A stretch of 43,759 nucleotides of DNA from Octopus bimaculoides (GCF_001194135.2 NC_068982.1:99437097-99480855), one strand, 5' to 3'. Numbered from the stretch's first letter, positions 13,043-24,381 are shown. The notes: generated from the letters alone by a model not told the origin. Translations and numbers: made by a program.

Positions 13043-13098
<56 letters not shown>

Positions 13099-13109
13099 CG
13101 CGCGCGTGT
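13043..13109. repeat. (TG)n(CG)8 alternating purine-pyrimidine tract
   Basis: Direct repeat; (CG)8 at 13091-13106. Confidence 0.95.
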
Positions 13110-13315
13110 AGCGGACTTCCATCTACCAAATATTGTCATGTAATATAATTGAACCCGGAATGTGAAAAGTGAGTTTCTACAACGCACAACCACGGTTGTG
13201 CCTATGATATATATATATATCATAGTTTTCCGTGATAGGCAGTGAAATGGCAGTCATTAAGGAGTTGGGTAGAAATACGTTGCATTATTTGTTTTGGCTT
13301 TCTTAGTTCACTTAC

Positions 13316-13558
13316 CATTGGGGTTGATAAGCAAAGTATCAGTACTGGGAGTAGGTATTGATAGTATTCGTTCCAGTTCTTTGCGTTCTGATGACAAAAC
13401 CTGTGATGACACTGGTTCCAAGCTGTATCTACCGTTGTCTTTGCCTTGGACAATATTAGTAACGTGGAGAGAGGAAACTCCCTTCTTCACGTTGCCGTTG
13501 TTGTCATCTGTCTTAAGTTGCGCCTTGAAGAGTAACTGCCCAGTTGTAGATCTATGGT
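13316..13558 (-). CDS. Candidate host coding exon, unknown protein
   Basis: 243-nt phase 1/1 open segment (HRSTTGQLLFKAQLKTDDNNGNVKKGVSSLHVTNIVQGKDNGRYSLEPVSSQVLSSERKELERILSIPTPSTDTLLINPNG). GC-richer than its flanks, ends at a strong AATG|GTAAGT donor, but the acceptor (CGTTAG) is weak. No family recognised. Confidence 0.3.
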
Positions 13559-15892
13559 CTAACGAGGCTTATAGAGATCTCGAACTGAACATTAAATAAT
13601 TGTTTCCTGTGAGTAAATTTATTTTGTGACTTTGTTACAAAATACGAAGTAAATACTATTTACTTTACTAAATAGCATATTTTTGTGCTTTAAAAAAAAC
13701 CTCTGTTATTGAAATTGTAAGTTAAACACTTTGTAACTATTAATGTTCCTAAAAGATTATGCTTCTGGTATATGCTATAAAAAGTAAAGACAAAAAGAAA
13801 CTGAAAATAGGGTTTACTTGGTATTGACAAAAAGAATCACTGTATTAAAAATATTAAATTTTAAACAATATTTTAATACTTTTCTATACGAGAAAATAAT
13901 AAACGATATTTTAATACTTTTCTATATGAGGAAAATAACGATAAGAATTAGCAATAAGTCAAACTAGCGTGCCCACTTTTACCACCATACTGTTTATGCT
14001 AAGTTTAGCTTTGTGAAAATGGATTTATGTCAGTACATTTGTAATGTTTATATTCGATAGCGAGGAGCACTGTAAAGTCCGCATTAAACTTTCTATTAAC
14101 GTTGAAACTCATTCATTTCATCTTCGTCCTTATTCAAATTCTACGAAAAATAAATAAGAGAATGTTTATTATTACCCCACATATAGAAGGGTCACAAAGG
14201 TACATCGCGTTAAGAACTATGAGTATGTATGCTGTCACGATGGTCGTGCTGTTCTCTGAGTAAGACATTAAAATATCAGTATATGTACTTAATAGCATAC
14301 TTATTAAAATACCATGTGATATTGGATATATTATTCTGTCTTGTAGTGGTTGTCAGTGTCGATATAAAATTTACCTATGTGAAAATATAAGTGTGTGCTT
14401 AACGTTGTAGAGCAATTGAAATATTTCGCATGGCACACTTCTCTAACGTCCTTAGAAAACATATGAGCATCATAAATTTCCAATCACTCACTCTCTTACG
14501 TATAAAGTCATCGCATCCAGCCAGAAAGAATCCAGTATATTCTTTGCGTCGCGTTTACTATCTGTGAAAACATGGTATATTTCAGCAATTGATCTATTAA
14601 ACTGTAGAAAATTTAGATTATCTTAGATTACATGTTATCCCAATCACAATGACCTAATAAAATGGAAAATAAGAAAAATCGAACTAGAGCATAATACTTA
14701 TCCCATTGCAAAATAGCATCAAAGAAATAACAACACTTGAAATAAAGAAGTAAAAAAAAATAGAAATTTACTTCATGTTATCATTAAAGATATAGAAGGC
14801 ACTAAAATAACTTCTGTGTTTGTGCAAAAATATTCAATTTCGTTTCCTCCGTGCAAAATTAATACAGTATGGATACACGGCAACGAGTTAACCGAAGGCA
14901 AGGAAGAAGAAAAGAAAATTACTTGTCATTTTGATGCTTCAGCTACTAAAATATCATGCATGGTATGTGTTACAGACATGCTATTCATGTATTGAAGGTA
15001 ATGGAGTTATGTTGGTTTAGGTAGGTAGGTAGATGAATTAGGACAGGAATTTCCTTTTGTTATTTTGTAGTGTGGGCTCCATTTGTAGTGTAATGAACTT
15101 GTCCACTTTTCATATGATGCAAGGAAACTACAAAACAACCACACATAATAACTTGTGCAACAATTTCGACCACAATAACAATTGATTTTGATTTAGTCTT
15201 TCTTTGATTTATTATTTATCTGGATTTCATCTCTTTTAGCGTTAGATTTTTACAGGAAAAAAATGTAATTGATGCAGTTTCGTTTTCTCGGAGCGAAATT
15301 CATACAGCACCACCAGATGATAACAATTATTTATGTTACAAATCTCTTTCAAAAGCAGTACAAAATGTTATGTGGTAAAAGACAATTTTGCGCATTTTAA
15401 CTATACAGGCCCTTTCATCTCTATCTTTATTTCTCCTTATAGCATTGCAAATCAATAAAATACTCATTAGTGTTTCAGTGTTGTCACCACTCGGAGCAAT
15501 GAGACGTTTCTATACATTATTCATAATCAAATAGAGTCAGCTATTTGAAGAACAAGCGTCTTGGTCATAAGCATATTGCTAGGCAGGTGACAAGAAACGA
15601 ACTGCCAACTGTTCAGCTGGTTATTCAATGCGCATTCAACTCTGCCGACGGCAAGTCATAACCTATATTCTTAACCAATTCGAGCAGAACAAACTAAAAA
15701 TAAGGACAGAGATGCCGAGATAAGAATGAATGCAGCCAGAATGAATTAAACAAAGGAACAAGCAAGTAAATTAATTTGGCATTTTAAGCAGACTAGAAGT
15801 AAGCTTCTTATCACAGTTCTATATTTAAGAGATGAGGAATTATGTACATTATTTACATTTGACGGATATTTGTCCTCATCTTGTTTGTTGTT

Positions 15893-15938
15893 AACACAAC
15901 GTTTCGGCTGATATACCCTCCAGCCTTCATCAGGTGTC
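15893..15938 (-). ncRNA. Minimal type I hammerhead ribozyme in Penelope pLTR (intact core)
   Basis: GACAC-CTGATGA-A-GGCTG(gagggtatat)CAGCC-GAAA-CGTT-GTGTT: stem I 5 bp, stem II 5 bp, canonical core, palindromic ACGT helix III, predicted cleavage after GUU. Confidence 0.75.
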
Positions 15939-16004
15939 TTGGGGAAATTTCGAACCTGGGTTTTCATTCTTAAGGTATTTTCTATGTTATTATTATTAAT
16001 GTCA

Positions 16005-16049
16005 CTGCCTGGAATCGAACTGCCTGGAATCGAACTGCCTGGAATCGAA
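16005..16049 (-). promoter_or_regulatory. Triplicated 15-bp unit containing a Pol III B box (GTTCGATTCC)
   Basis: CTGCCTGGAATCGAA x3 on the plus strand; the reverse complement contains GTTCGATTCC, which fits the B-box consensus GTTCRANNC. Confidence 0.7.
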
Positions 16050-16050
16050 C

Positions 16051-16331
16051 CTCTGCTTAAGTTGTGTCCAAGCATATGTGGTGCTTCTTTTAGTTTTCGT
16101 ATTTTCCAGTGGTGTTCTCTGTCTATTATTTTAACTTCATCCCACAGGGGGAGGTGTTCTCCATTTTTCCATACATGATCAACTATACCCGATTTATCAA
16201 TATTTCCTCGTGTCACAGCTTTGTGATGTTCTTCTACCCTTATTTTGAGGGGGCGGCATGTTTCGCTTTTGTATAACCTATCACAGCCGCATGGGATGGA
16301 GTACACACAGTTTTTGGTCATATTCTCTTCT
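16051..16331 (-). pseudogene. Penelope GIY-YIG endonuclease domain (degenerate)
   Basis: CVYSIPCGCDRLYKSETCRPLKIRVEEH...RKLKEA matches the PLE GIY-YIG pattern VYxIPCxxCxxxYIGETxRxLxxRxxEH. The C-terminus is deleted. Confidence 0.88.
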
Positions 16332-16534
16332 TATTTCTTATTGTTTTTACTGCCCACAAGGGGCTACACACATATTATGTCGATCCCAGTGCGTAACTGG
16401 TACTTATTTAATCGACCCCGAAAGGATGAAAGGCAAAGTTGACCTCGGCGGAATTTGAACTCAGAACGTAGCGGCAGACGAAATACCGATAAGCATTTCG
16501 CCCTGTGTGCTAACGTTTCTGCCAGCTCGTCACC
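16332..16534 (-). mobile_element. SINE family A inserted into the Penelope ORF
   Basis: Family A head and body, with a perfect 15-bp TSD GTCATATTCTCTTCT at 16317-16331 and 16535-16549. Removing it rejoins ...KPPIEENMT/KNCVYSIPC. Confidence 0.93.
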
Positions 16535-17386
16535 GTCATATTCTCTTCTATTGGTGGTTTTACTCGAAGGAGATATTTGCGAAGTGTTGTATTACTCTTC
16601 AATACTGTTCTGATGTCATATGGGCTGCATATCTTTTGTATCTTTTCGGAGAGGCCTTTCACATAGGGTAGACAGACTGTTTATTGTTTATTGGTTTCAT
16701 CCTCTCTTTTCTTCATAATTGGAGTAGATATTTTTGGGGTAGTTGTTGCCTAATAGATTGTTACTGAGCTTGATCATTTCTTCGTGGTGGGTATCACGAT
16801 CGCTACTTATATTCTTTGCTCGATGTTTTAGGCACAGAGCAACCCCTCTCTTTACACCGTATGGATGGTGGGAACTGAAGTTGAGGTATCGTCCAGTGAA
16901 GGTCGGCTTGCGGTATACGGATGTCCTGAATCCATACTTACGTCCAGGAATGCTAGCTGATTGTCTTTTTCCTTTTCCATTGTGGACTGTATGGATGGCT
17001 TTATTGAGTTCACATGATCTAACAGCACTTGGACATCTTCCTGGTATGGCCTGGGTATAAAGGTGTCATCAACATATCGCAGCCATAGGGTTGGTTTTTA
17101 GTAGTGCTGATCCTAAAGCTGTGACACGAGGAAATATTGATAAATCGGGTATAGCTGATCATGTATGAAAAAATGGAGACCACCTCCCCCTGTGGGATGA
17201 AGTTAAAATAGACAGAGAACACCACTGGAAAATACGAAAACTAAAAGAAGCAGCACATATGCTAGGACACAACAACCTCCTAAGCAGACCGAGTGCAGAT
17301 ATGAATAGCATATGGGAACCGGTATTAAGGAAGGATAGGAAAATATTAGATTTATAAGCCCTAAAATTCATTCCATAATTGCCCAC

Positions 17387-17430
17387 GGGCATATGGCGTA
17401 GTGGTTAAGAGCGGGGGCTACTAACCCCAA
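17387..17430 (+). promoter_or_regulatory. tRNA-like 5' half (Pol III A box plus anticodon-like arm) in the Penelope 3' region
   Basis: TGGCGTAGTGG A box (17394-17404) followed by TTAAGAGC and a GGGG-CTACTAA-CCCC stem-loop. It ends abruptly at a deletion. No acceptor stem, so not a functional tRNA. Confidence 0.7.
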
Positions 17431-17485
17431 TAACAACATCGAAAAATACCTTAGGAATGAGAACGCAAGTTCGAAATTTCTCCCA

Positions 17486-17531
17486 GACACCTGATGAAGG
17501 CTGGAGGGTATATCAGCCGAAACATTGTGTT
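17486..17531 (+). ncRNA. Second copy of the pLTR hammerhead, probably inactivated
   Basis: Identical to 15893-15938 except GAAACATT (G>A at 17524), which breaks the ACGT palindrome and the helix III pair. Confidence 0.65.
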
Positions 17532-17889
17532 AACAACAAACAAGATGAGGACAAACATCCGTCAAATGTAAATAATGAACTTCTTATCAGTTTTGAAAGG
17601 AAGGGACAAATCAGTTAAGCACACGGCTAGTTTAATTCTATATCGTAATTAATCAGTAGAAAATACCCGGGAAACTTATCTGTCACATGGTTTCGAATTC
17701 CGAGTTTAACAATTTCACTTCGCTACGTTGTTAATATCACAAAAAGAACAAAGCATGATTTCCTCATAATGCCATTCTCATTTCATTTTGCAGATATTGG
17801 ATAATTTTGTTCACATATATTAATCTAATACTCTCTCCGCCCCGCTCTTTCTCNNNNNNNNNNGTTCACATATATTAATCTAATACTCT

Positions 17890-17919
17890 CTCCGCCCCGC
17901 TCTTTCTCTCTCTACCTAC

Positions 17920-17963
<44 letters not shown>

Positions 17964-18250
17964 ATCCCCCTTATTCTCTCTCTATCTATCCTTCCTCTCT
18001 CTCTATCCCATCTCTCTCTCGCTCTCGCTCTCTCTCGTCTCTCTCTATATATCTCCCTCCCTCCCTCCCTCTACGTTTATATTTCAGTTGATAGCTAATA
18101 GGGAAATGATTGTTGTCGCTGCTATCAACTCATCGCTTTCAGCAGCAGCAGCAGCAGCATCGTCCTTATCTTCATCCTCGTCCTTATCGTCGTCGTCATT
18201 GTCGTCGTCATCGTCTTCGGTAGTCGTCGTTGTTGTCGTCGTCGTTATTA
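17890..18250. repeat. Compound (CT)n/(CTAT)n then (GCA)/(TCG)-type degenerate trinucleotide repeats
   Basis: Direct low-complexity repeats. Confidence 0.85.
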
Positions 18251-18567
18251 TGTTGAAAGTTTGGTGAGAATGTTGAGTATAGCTTTGTTAAATGGATCTA
18301 CGTTGCATAGCAGACATTTTCTTTTTCGGAAAATCTCGCGTCGTCCTTTTCAAGTTCCACTTGGAAAGGAAAGCTGAAGGTGGAGAGAGAAGTACTGCCA
18401 TTCAGTGAATTTATCCAAAGGCGGACGACTGTGGCGAAAATGCATCTGTAGATCGCAGAACTGCAGTTGGGTGAGGACACATGGTTAAAGCGATGGGTCT
18501 TTTGGTTGGCTCTAGTTGAAGATTTTCCTGAGCAGGTGAGCTGAGCTGTATCAGCAACGTATTCAAT

Positions 18568-18760
18568 ATATTCTTTCTAACTTTGGCAAAGGGCCAGCAG
18601 TTTTGAGAGGAAGGGACAAATCAATTACATGGACCTCAGAACTTGACTGATATTCTATTTTATCAACTCAGAAAGGAAGAAAGACAAAGCTGACCTCAGC
18701 TGGAGTAGAACTCAGAATGTAACCAACAGAAAAATGCCACTAAGCATTTTGTCCCATGCT
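18568..18760 (-). mobile_element. Diverged SINE family A copy, head truncated
   Basis: Alignable to the family A body (GAAAGGAAGAAAGACAAAGCTGACCTC...AGAACTCAGAATG...GCCACTAAGCATTTTG). Confidence 0.75.
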
Positions 18761-21700
18761 TGCGTGCAACCTAAATATTCATATATTATTACACTTTGTA
18801 TACAATTCATCTTATTCTCTTCCTGTTTCCACATCTATTTTATGTAAGATACTCTACCCACACAAATTGTAAACTCACTTTGTAACGTCCTCTTCAACCG
18901 ACGCCTCTCTGCCAAATTAAAAGATTATCATTATCACCATTATTCTTTGTAGTCCTATTTTAATTATAGGTTTAAATTGCACCAACGATCGCATCTCTAT
19001 AAGCGTTAAGTACGCCAATGTTGTTTTGTTTTTGTGCTTTCTATTGTATTGAAAGTACTTTAATATATATGTAGTGCCTATTGGTGTTATTTTCTATTTC
19101 TATGTCCCGAGGTTTTGGTTGTGCTTTCTTTAGTCTTTCCCAATACTTATTTGCTATAGGAATATTATTTATTTTCAATTTTCACATTCTCTATATTGGG
19201 ATAACTCCTCCTTTCCTCCTTTTAAACATATTCTCATCTGATATTTTGATCATAAAACATTTCTATTTGAAATGACCGTTTACAAATAATATCCCATCGA
19301 CAAGCCCTGTTCATCTTTTCTCTGTAAATTAGAATGTCTGAGAGTATGGTTGTCATTTACTGAAACCTTTTCTTGTGTACATTTATGCCATCTGTTTTTC
19401 TGTAAACATTTCCAAATATTGTTATAATTTCCATGTTAGGTCAAACTTTAATACTTGTATATATTCTCTTTTAGCTAAGACTAGTTGTGCAGAAACAATA
19501 TGATAGTTCCTTCACAGTTTCAAAATTGTAATTACTTTTTCTTGTATGTATGATTATAATGCTTTGTTTTTTTTTTGTTTGTTTTTTGTAGTTACTAGTG
19601 AAAAGGCTTTGTGTCACAACCAAAATCTTTGCTTTCTCATCAAGTTTCTTTATCCACGACTGCTTTGTTCAGTCTTCTCAGGTATTGAATACGTCTGGAA
19701 TATTCTTGCACTCATTTTATCATGTTATTTTTTAGTCCTGTTTTCAGTTTAGCTCCCCCACTTATTCCCGTTATTGTTTCTCTATTTTCCTCACATCTGT
19801 CTGCTAGATTAAATTTTATTCATATTTATTGACGTCCTTGAAAGCAGAAAATATTTTTTGTTCATATTCTGCATAAATTTCCCTCCAAAATTTACTAAGT
19901 ATTTTTGAAGTCCCATATGTTATTTAATACTTTCTAGCAGAAGACACACATCTCTCTTATATTTTTGGCCAATATAATCTCTGTGTCGAATTTTGGGTGT
20001 GAATTCTGACTATAGTCGTTATTTTTCTTATTTTCTTGTCCAGTCCTGTTATTTTACTAAGCATCCAGTTTCAAATATTCTAGTTATAACCTATTACTAA
20101 GACAGTTAATTTATTGATACATATTACGTTTATATATTGCATATTAACCTTATTTTAAGAATAAAATTAATGCTTTTCTATCAGTTATTTGTATGTAACA
20201 AATTAACTCCATGCTCATACCCTTCTTTTTCCTTCTACAGCCTTTTGTTATTGCACTGTTAACATTTGATATTTAGAATTACATGAGTCCTTTCAGCTTC
20301 CCTCTCGCCCTTCGGGACTTACTGTTATTTTCCGCGAAATCGTCTATTCACTATAATTGCAGTTAACACTTAGTACACCACCGACAAGTAGACATGCAAT
20401 ATCTTTCTGGGTTTGCTGTTTCTTTCGTGTTGGGGATCATATTAGTTTTCTTCTGATTGAGACATTTGCTCTACCAATAAATTATTAAATAATTTTGATT
20501 ATATATTATGAACACTTTTTAAATATTTCAATCAGAAGTTTATAACTTTATCTCTTCTTGCTGTTTTCCAGTAGTTCGTTTCTTGTGGCGTCTTGGTTAC
20601 TTCTCGAACTCTAGAATAATTTGATGAGGCTAGTTGCAATGAAGAGTGAAGAACCTGATATTTCGAGACCTTATTTTTTTCCCCCTGATAATGAGCCAAA
20701 AAAAAGAAAAAGAAAAAGAGAAAATGCTATCAGTTTGGTCCACACAGTCAAAGAGCAGAGCATGAAACCGAAATGTTACATTCTTTCTCATACAAAGCAA
20801 TGGAATTGATATATNNNNNNNNNNNNNNNNNNNNNNNNNNNNNNNNNNNNNNNNNNNNNNNNNNNNNNNNNNNNNNNNNNNNNNNNNNNNNNNNNNNNNN
20901 NNNNNNNNNNNNNNNNNNNNNNNNNNNNNNNNNNNNNNNNNNNNNNNNNNNNNNNNNNNNNNNNNNNNNNNNNNNNNNNNNNNNNNNNNNNNNNNNNNNN
21001 NNNNNNNNNNNNNNNNNNNNNNNNNNNNNNNNNNNNNNNNNNNNNNNNNNNNNNNNNNNNNNNNNNNNNNNNNNNNNNNNNNNNNNNNNNNNNNNNNNNN
21101 NNNNNNNNNNNNNNNNNNNNNNNNNNNNNNNTATATATCTTTAGTAATTTTCCTCTCGACTAATAGTTTCGATGCAGACAATTACTCGCTTCCTGAAATT
21201 CTGGATTTTGTCCTACCTCTTGAATTCATATGGCCACCCACGATTGATCAGCCGTTAAACTTGTTTAAAACATTCGTTTCCGCGGTGTTCCTTTCGCTAC
21301 CGGTACTCCTCATCACAAGAATTTCATATTTTCTGTCCCTGTTGCTGCTGCGTTAATTTGCATCAAAGTCGAATTATTCTGCTTTTCATACAACCAAATT
21401 ATTTGTAAATTACTGAGGATTCCTTGTTTCAGGTTTTTCTGTAATTTCAGGTAGTATCTCTTAAGCAATATTTCCGTAGCATTTGTCATTTTTTTTTTCG
21501 ATTGCGTTTTTCTCTATTGATTTTCCTAAGAAATATTTTTTATTTTTTATTTGTACATTCGTGATCTATGTTATTTCATTGAATTCGGTAGATTTGTATT
21601 TATATATAAAGAAATGCTTACGTTCCTTTTAAACTACTATGCTTACTACACTTACTATTTTGATTATTCTATCGATATCAAATTTCGCATCTATTTTCAT

Positions 21701-21930
21701 ACGGATACTCAAGTCGTAGTAAACGTCCAAGAAATCAAAAGCATATTTTGGGTAGAGACAATATGGATATAAACGCCCTGATGACTCCTGAAAACTATAA
21801 AACAATTCCAGAAGTTATCCTGTCGTGAGCTCAGAAAGAAAAAGAAAAACATGAAACTAGAGGTGTAGGGTAGAAACCTTAGCTGTTACACCGTTTCAGT
21901 AAGAGTTACTTCAGAGTGTCTCCCCTAAAG

Positions 21931-22112
21931 AACTAGAAAAGTTCAAGAAGGGACGACAACTGAACTAGAAACAACACAGAAGCTACTGGAGCAGCTGTTC
22001 CAACAACATCGCTCGTCACAGTTCTGGTCCAATGAAATAATCAGAAAGCTGAAGAACTCGACACCCAGTCCCACCCCATCGTTTTGCGAAAATGTGATGG
22101 TAAACAAGCATG
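21931..22112 (+). CDS. Candidate host coding exon, unknown protein
   Basis: Open frame TRKVQEGTTTELETTQKLLEQLFQQHRSSQFWSNEIIRKLKNSTPSPTPSFCENVMVNKHG with soluble-protein composition. Possible acceptor TCTCCCCTAAAG| and donors ATG|GTAAAC or CATG|GTAGGA. No family recognised. Confidence 0.25.
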
Positions 22113-22169
22113 GTAGGAGTGTGACTCGCTCTCTGGCGATTATTCTCTTTATTCTCTTCCTCCTCATCA

Positions 22170-22663
22170 ACATCAGGTTGGGTCTTATTCCTGGTAGGAA
22201 TTATGTGGGTAGCGGGTTACTACCAGTAACCTAAGGGATCCACAAGTTTTCAGTAGTCTTTCAACTGCTTAGAACCCTCCTGATAATCCTTACTGTTGCT
22301 AAGAGTCAAACTTTCTGTGCGAGCTCTACAGGGCACTCTATTCCAATCTCCTTCAGCCATTTGTCTATACCATTGCTTACTTTTCCCAACACACCATCAT
22401 TATAGGTACGACCTTTAGTGTTCGCATGCTCCAAAATCTTCCTATTTCAACTTTTAAAGGATTGTATACTTTTTGTTTTTCTTCCTCTTTCTTTACGATC
22501 CTGGAATCAAACGGGTATGATGGGTCGACTAGTAAGCAACTTCGCTTTCCCTTTTCTATAATTGTAATGTCCGGTCTATTACTTTCTAACTTCTTATCCG
22601 TTTGAATAGGGAAGTCCCACAAAATCTTACATTTTTTCCGACTCCAGTACTCATTCGATTCGA
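22170..22663 (-). mobile_element. 5'-truncated R4/Dong-clade LINE (REL endonuclease plus 3' UTR)
   Basis: KILWDFPIQTDKKLESNRPDITIIEKGKRSCLLVDPSYPFD...EEEKQKVYNPL...VVPI fits the REL PD..D motif. Flanked by TCCTCCTCATCA at 22158-22169 and 22676-22687. Confidence 0.88.
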
Positions 22664-24379
22664 TCCTCCTCCTCCTCCTCCTCATCATCATCATCATCAT
22701 GGCTGTTGCTGTTTTGTTATTATCACCACCATCACTATCGTCACCACCATCACTGTCATCACCAGTGTCATTATCATCGTCGTCAATAAGTGCAGTATGA
22801 ACATTACTTGCAGTAACTTCAGCTTAATTGGTATAGGAATTCTTTTATTAGTTTTATGAGCTTCCGTCTTCTGCGTTCATAAAAATAGTGGAATATATAA
22901 AAAAAAATACACATTGTAACACTGCAAATACAAACGAGCTCATGATCAATATAAAGAAACTAAGAAATAAACAAATACACGCATATCTACGCAGTTTCAC
23001 ACATACAGAAATCTGCAAAACATCTATACAAAAAAAGCACTGTGGAACTATTGTACAGTATGGCGCCTCCAGTTTAGTAATTACTCTAAAATAAAGTATT
23101 TGTATGCATTTCGTATTTTCTCCACTAATTTTGACGGATTATGCATGAAAAGTTGGAAATAATGATATCGAACTGGACATTATATAATAGTTATCGAGAT
23201 TCTTCTGTCCAGAAGCTTCTTTAAAATTATACTGTAGATTCTGGATAGTAAAAATAACTGGAATACAGTGTATCATTATTTTGGGATGCTTTAAAAAATT
23301 GCGTCAAATTTTATTGAAAACAACCGAAGAAAAAAAAAATTACTTTATTTTGTTGATACAAGCGAATTATTGGTGAAGCATGCAAATACTATGTTGAGAT
23401 TAACAGTTCGCTTAAAGCAGTTAAACATTCATATCTAATATAAAAATGAAGTGAATATGAACTCCATAAAATATTAACATCATTTCAATCTTCTAACAAG
23501 CAATACGTAGTTCAAGTCCCTTTACTAGTCTTTTTTTTTTTATCTCCAGTGGTTTGTCGAGAGCATAAGGTTTGATATTATTTGTATTAAAAACTTCTAA
23601 CTGTTAAATTATAACTTGGAAGAGTAAATTATTATCGAGTTCACAAATCAGAGATGACATTGCGTCATTAGAATAGTTAAATAACAGACGATCTACTTTT
23701 GGATCAGGCGAGTACACCGTGAAAACTAAAAAAAAAAAAGGGGTGGGGAAGAAATAAATGCCATTTCAGTTATTGTAATCAGTAACAGTGGTATCTGACA
23801 GTGAGCATACGTATTTCTAGTATTTTTAGTAGCTTTGTTGTTTTTATTAATCTCGCATTGGTATTAAGAAAAGTATAATGTTAATATTCTTTATTATTTT
23901 ACATCTTTTATTTTCTATTGACTTCAGTCAGTGGACTGCACCAGGCTGGGGAACTGCCCTCAGAAGTTTTAATCAATCCTAACAGTCTATATCTTTAGAA
24001 TCGCTGAGTTATGCGTCTAACAAAATAGTACGGGATATGACACCAGCTTACCTTGGCAAATGTAAATATAACACAAAAACGGACACAATCATGTATATGC
24101 AATGTAAATGTTTTAAGTGGACGTTTTTTTAAACCTTACTGTAAAGAAACAAATATCAAACATCAGCCCATTTATACTAACGGTATGTATTACTTCTATT
24201 ACTCATTTGTGTTGCCAGTGCTTGCACTGTTACACAAAATAAGATAAGCCAATTTAATTTTGTCAGAGTTTCTGTATTCTGTAAATAGCTATATGCTACT
24301 ATTCTCTCTGCGGTTAGAAAAATGAGTAACCATTTTTGATAAAGGGATAAAAATGCTGAAGCTAGTTGATCTCATTTTC

Positions 24380-24381
<2 letters not shown>

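Larger units (their letters stand above)
15814..17579 (-). mobile_element. 5'-truncated Penelope-like element with inverted 3' arm (single insertion)
   Basis: Minus strand has the RT C-terminus (KPTLWLRYVDDTF; YVDD at 17065-17076; ...YRKPTFTGRYLNFSSHHP...CLPYVKGLSEKI), then GIY-YIG and pLTR. The plus-strand arm 17115-17579 repeats the GIY-YIG 3' half and pLTR. TSD CTTCTTATCA at 15804-15813 and 17580-17589. Confidence 0.92.

Noticed and set aside
17387-17430. Possible tRNA gene with an ACT anticodon
   Set aside because: Only the 5' half is present, and the acceptor stem does not pair with the 3' half seen in the other arm. It is tRNA-derived, not a tRNA.
17809-17908. 45-bp direct repeat flanking a 10-N gap
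   Set aside because: Typical unmerged contig overlap, so an assembly artefact rather than a biological duplication.
19080-20100. T-rich tract with faint similarity to an L1/Tx1-like ORF2 C-terminus on the minus strand
   Set aside because: No diagnostic motif could be read through the stops and frameshifts; it needs a profile search.
21775-21800. CTGATGA followed shortly by GAAA
   Set aside because: No stem II or stem I pairing; a chance match.
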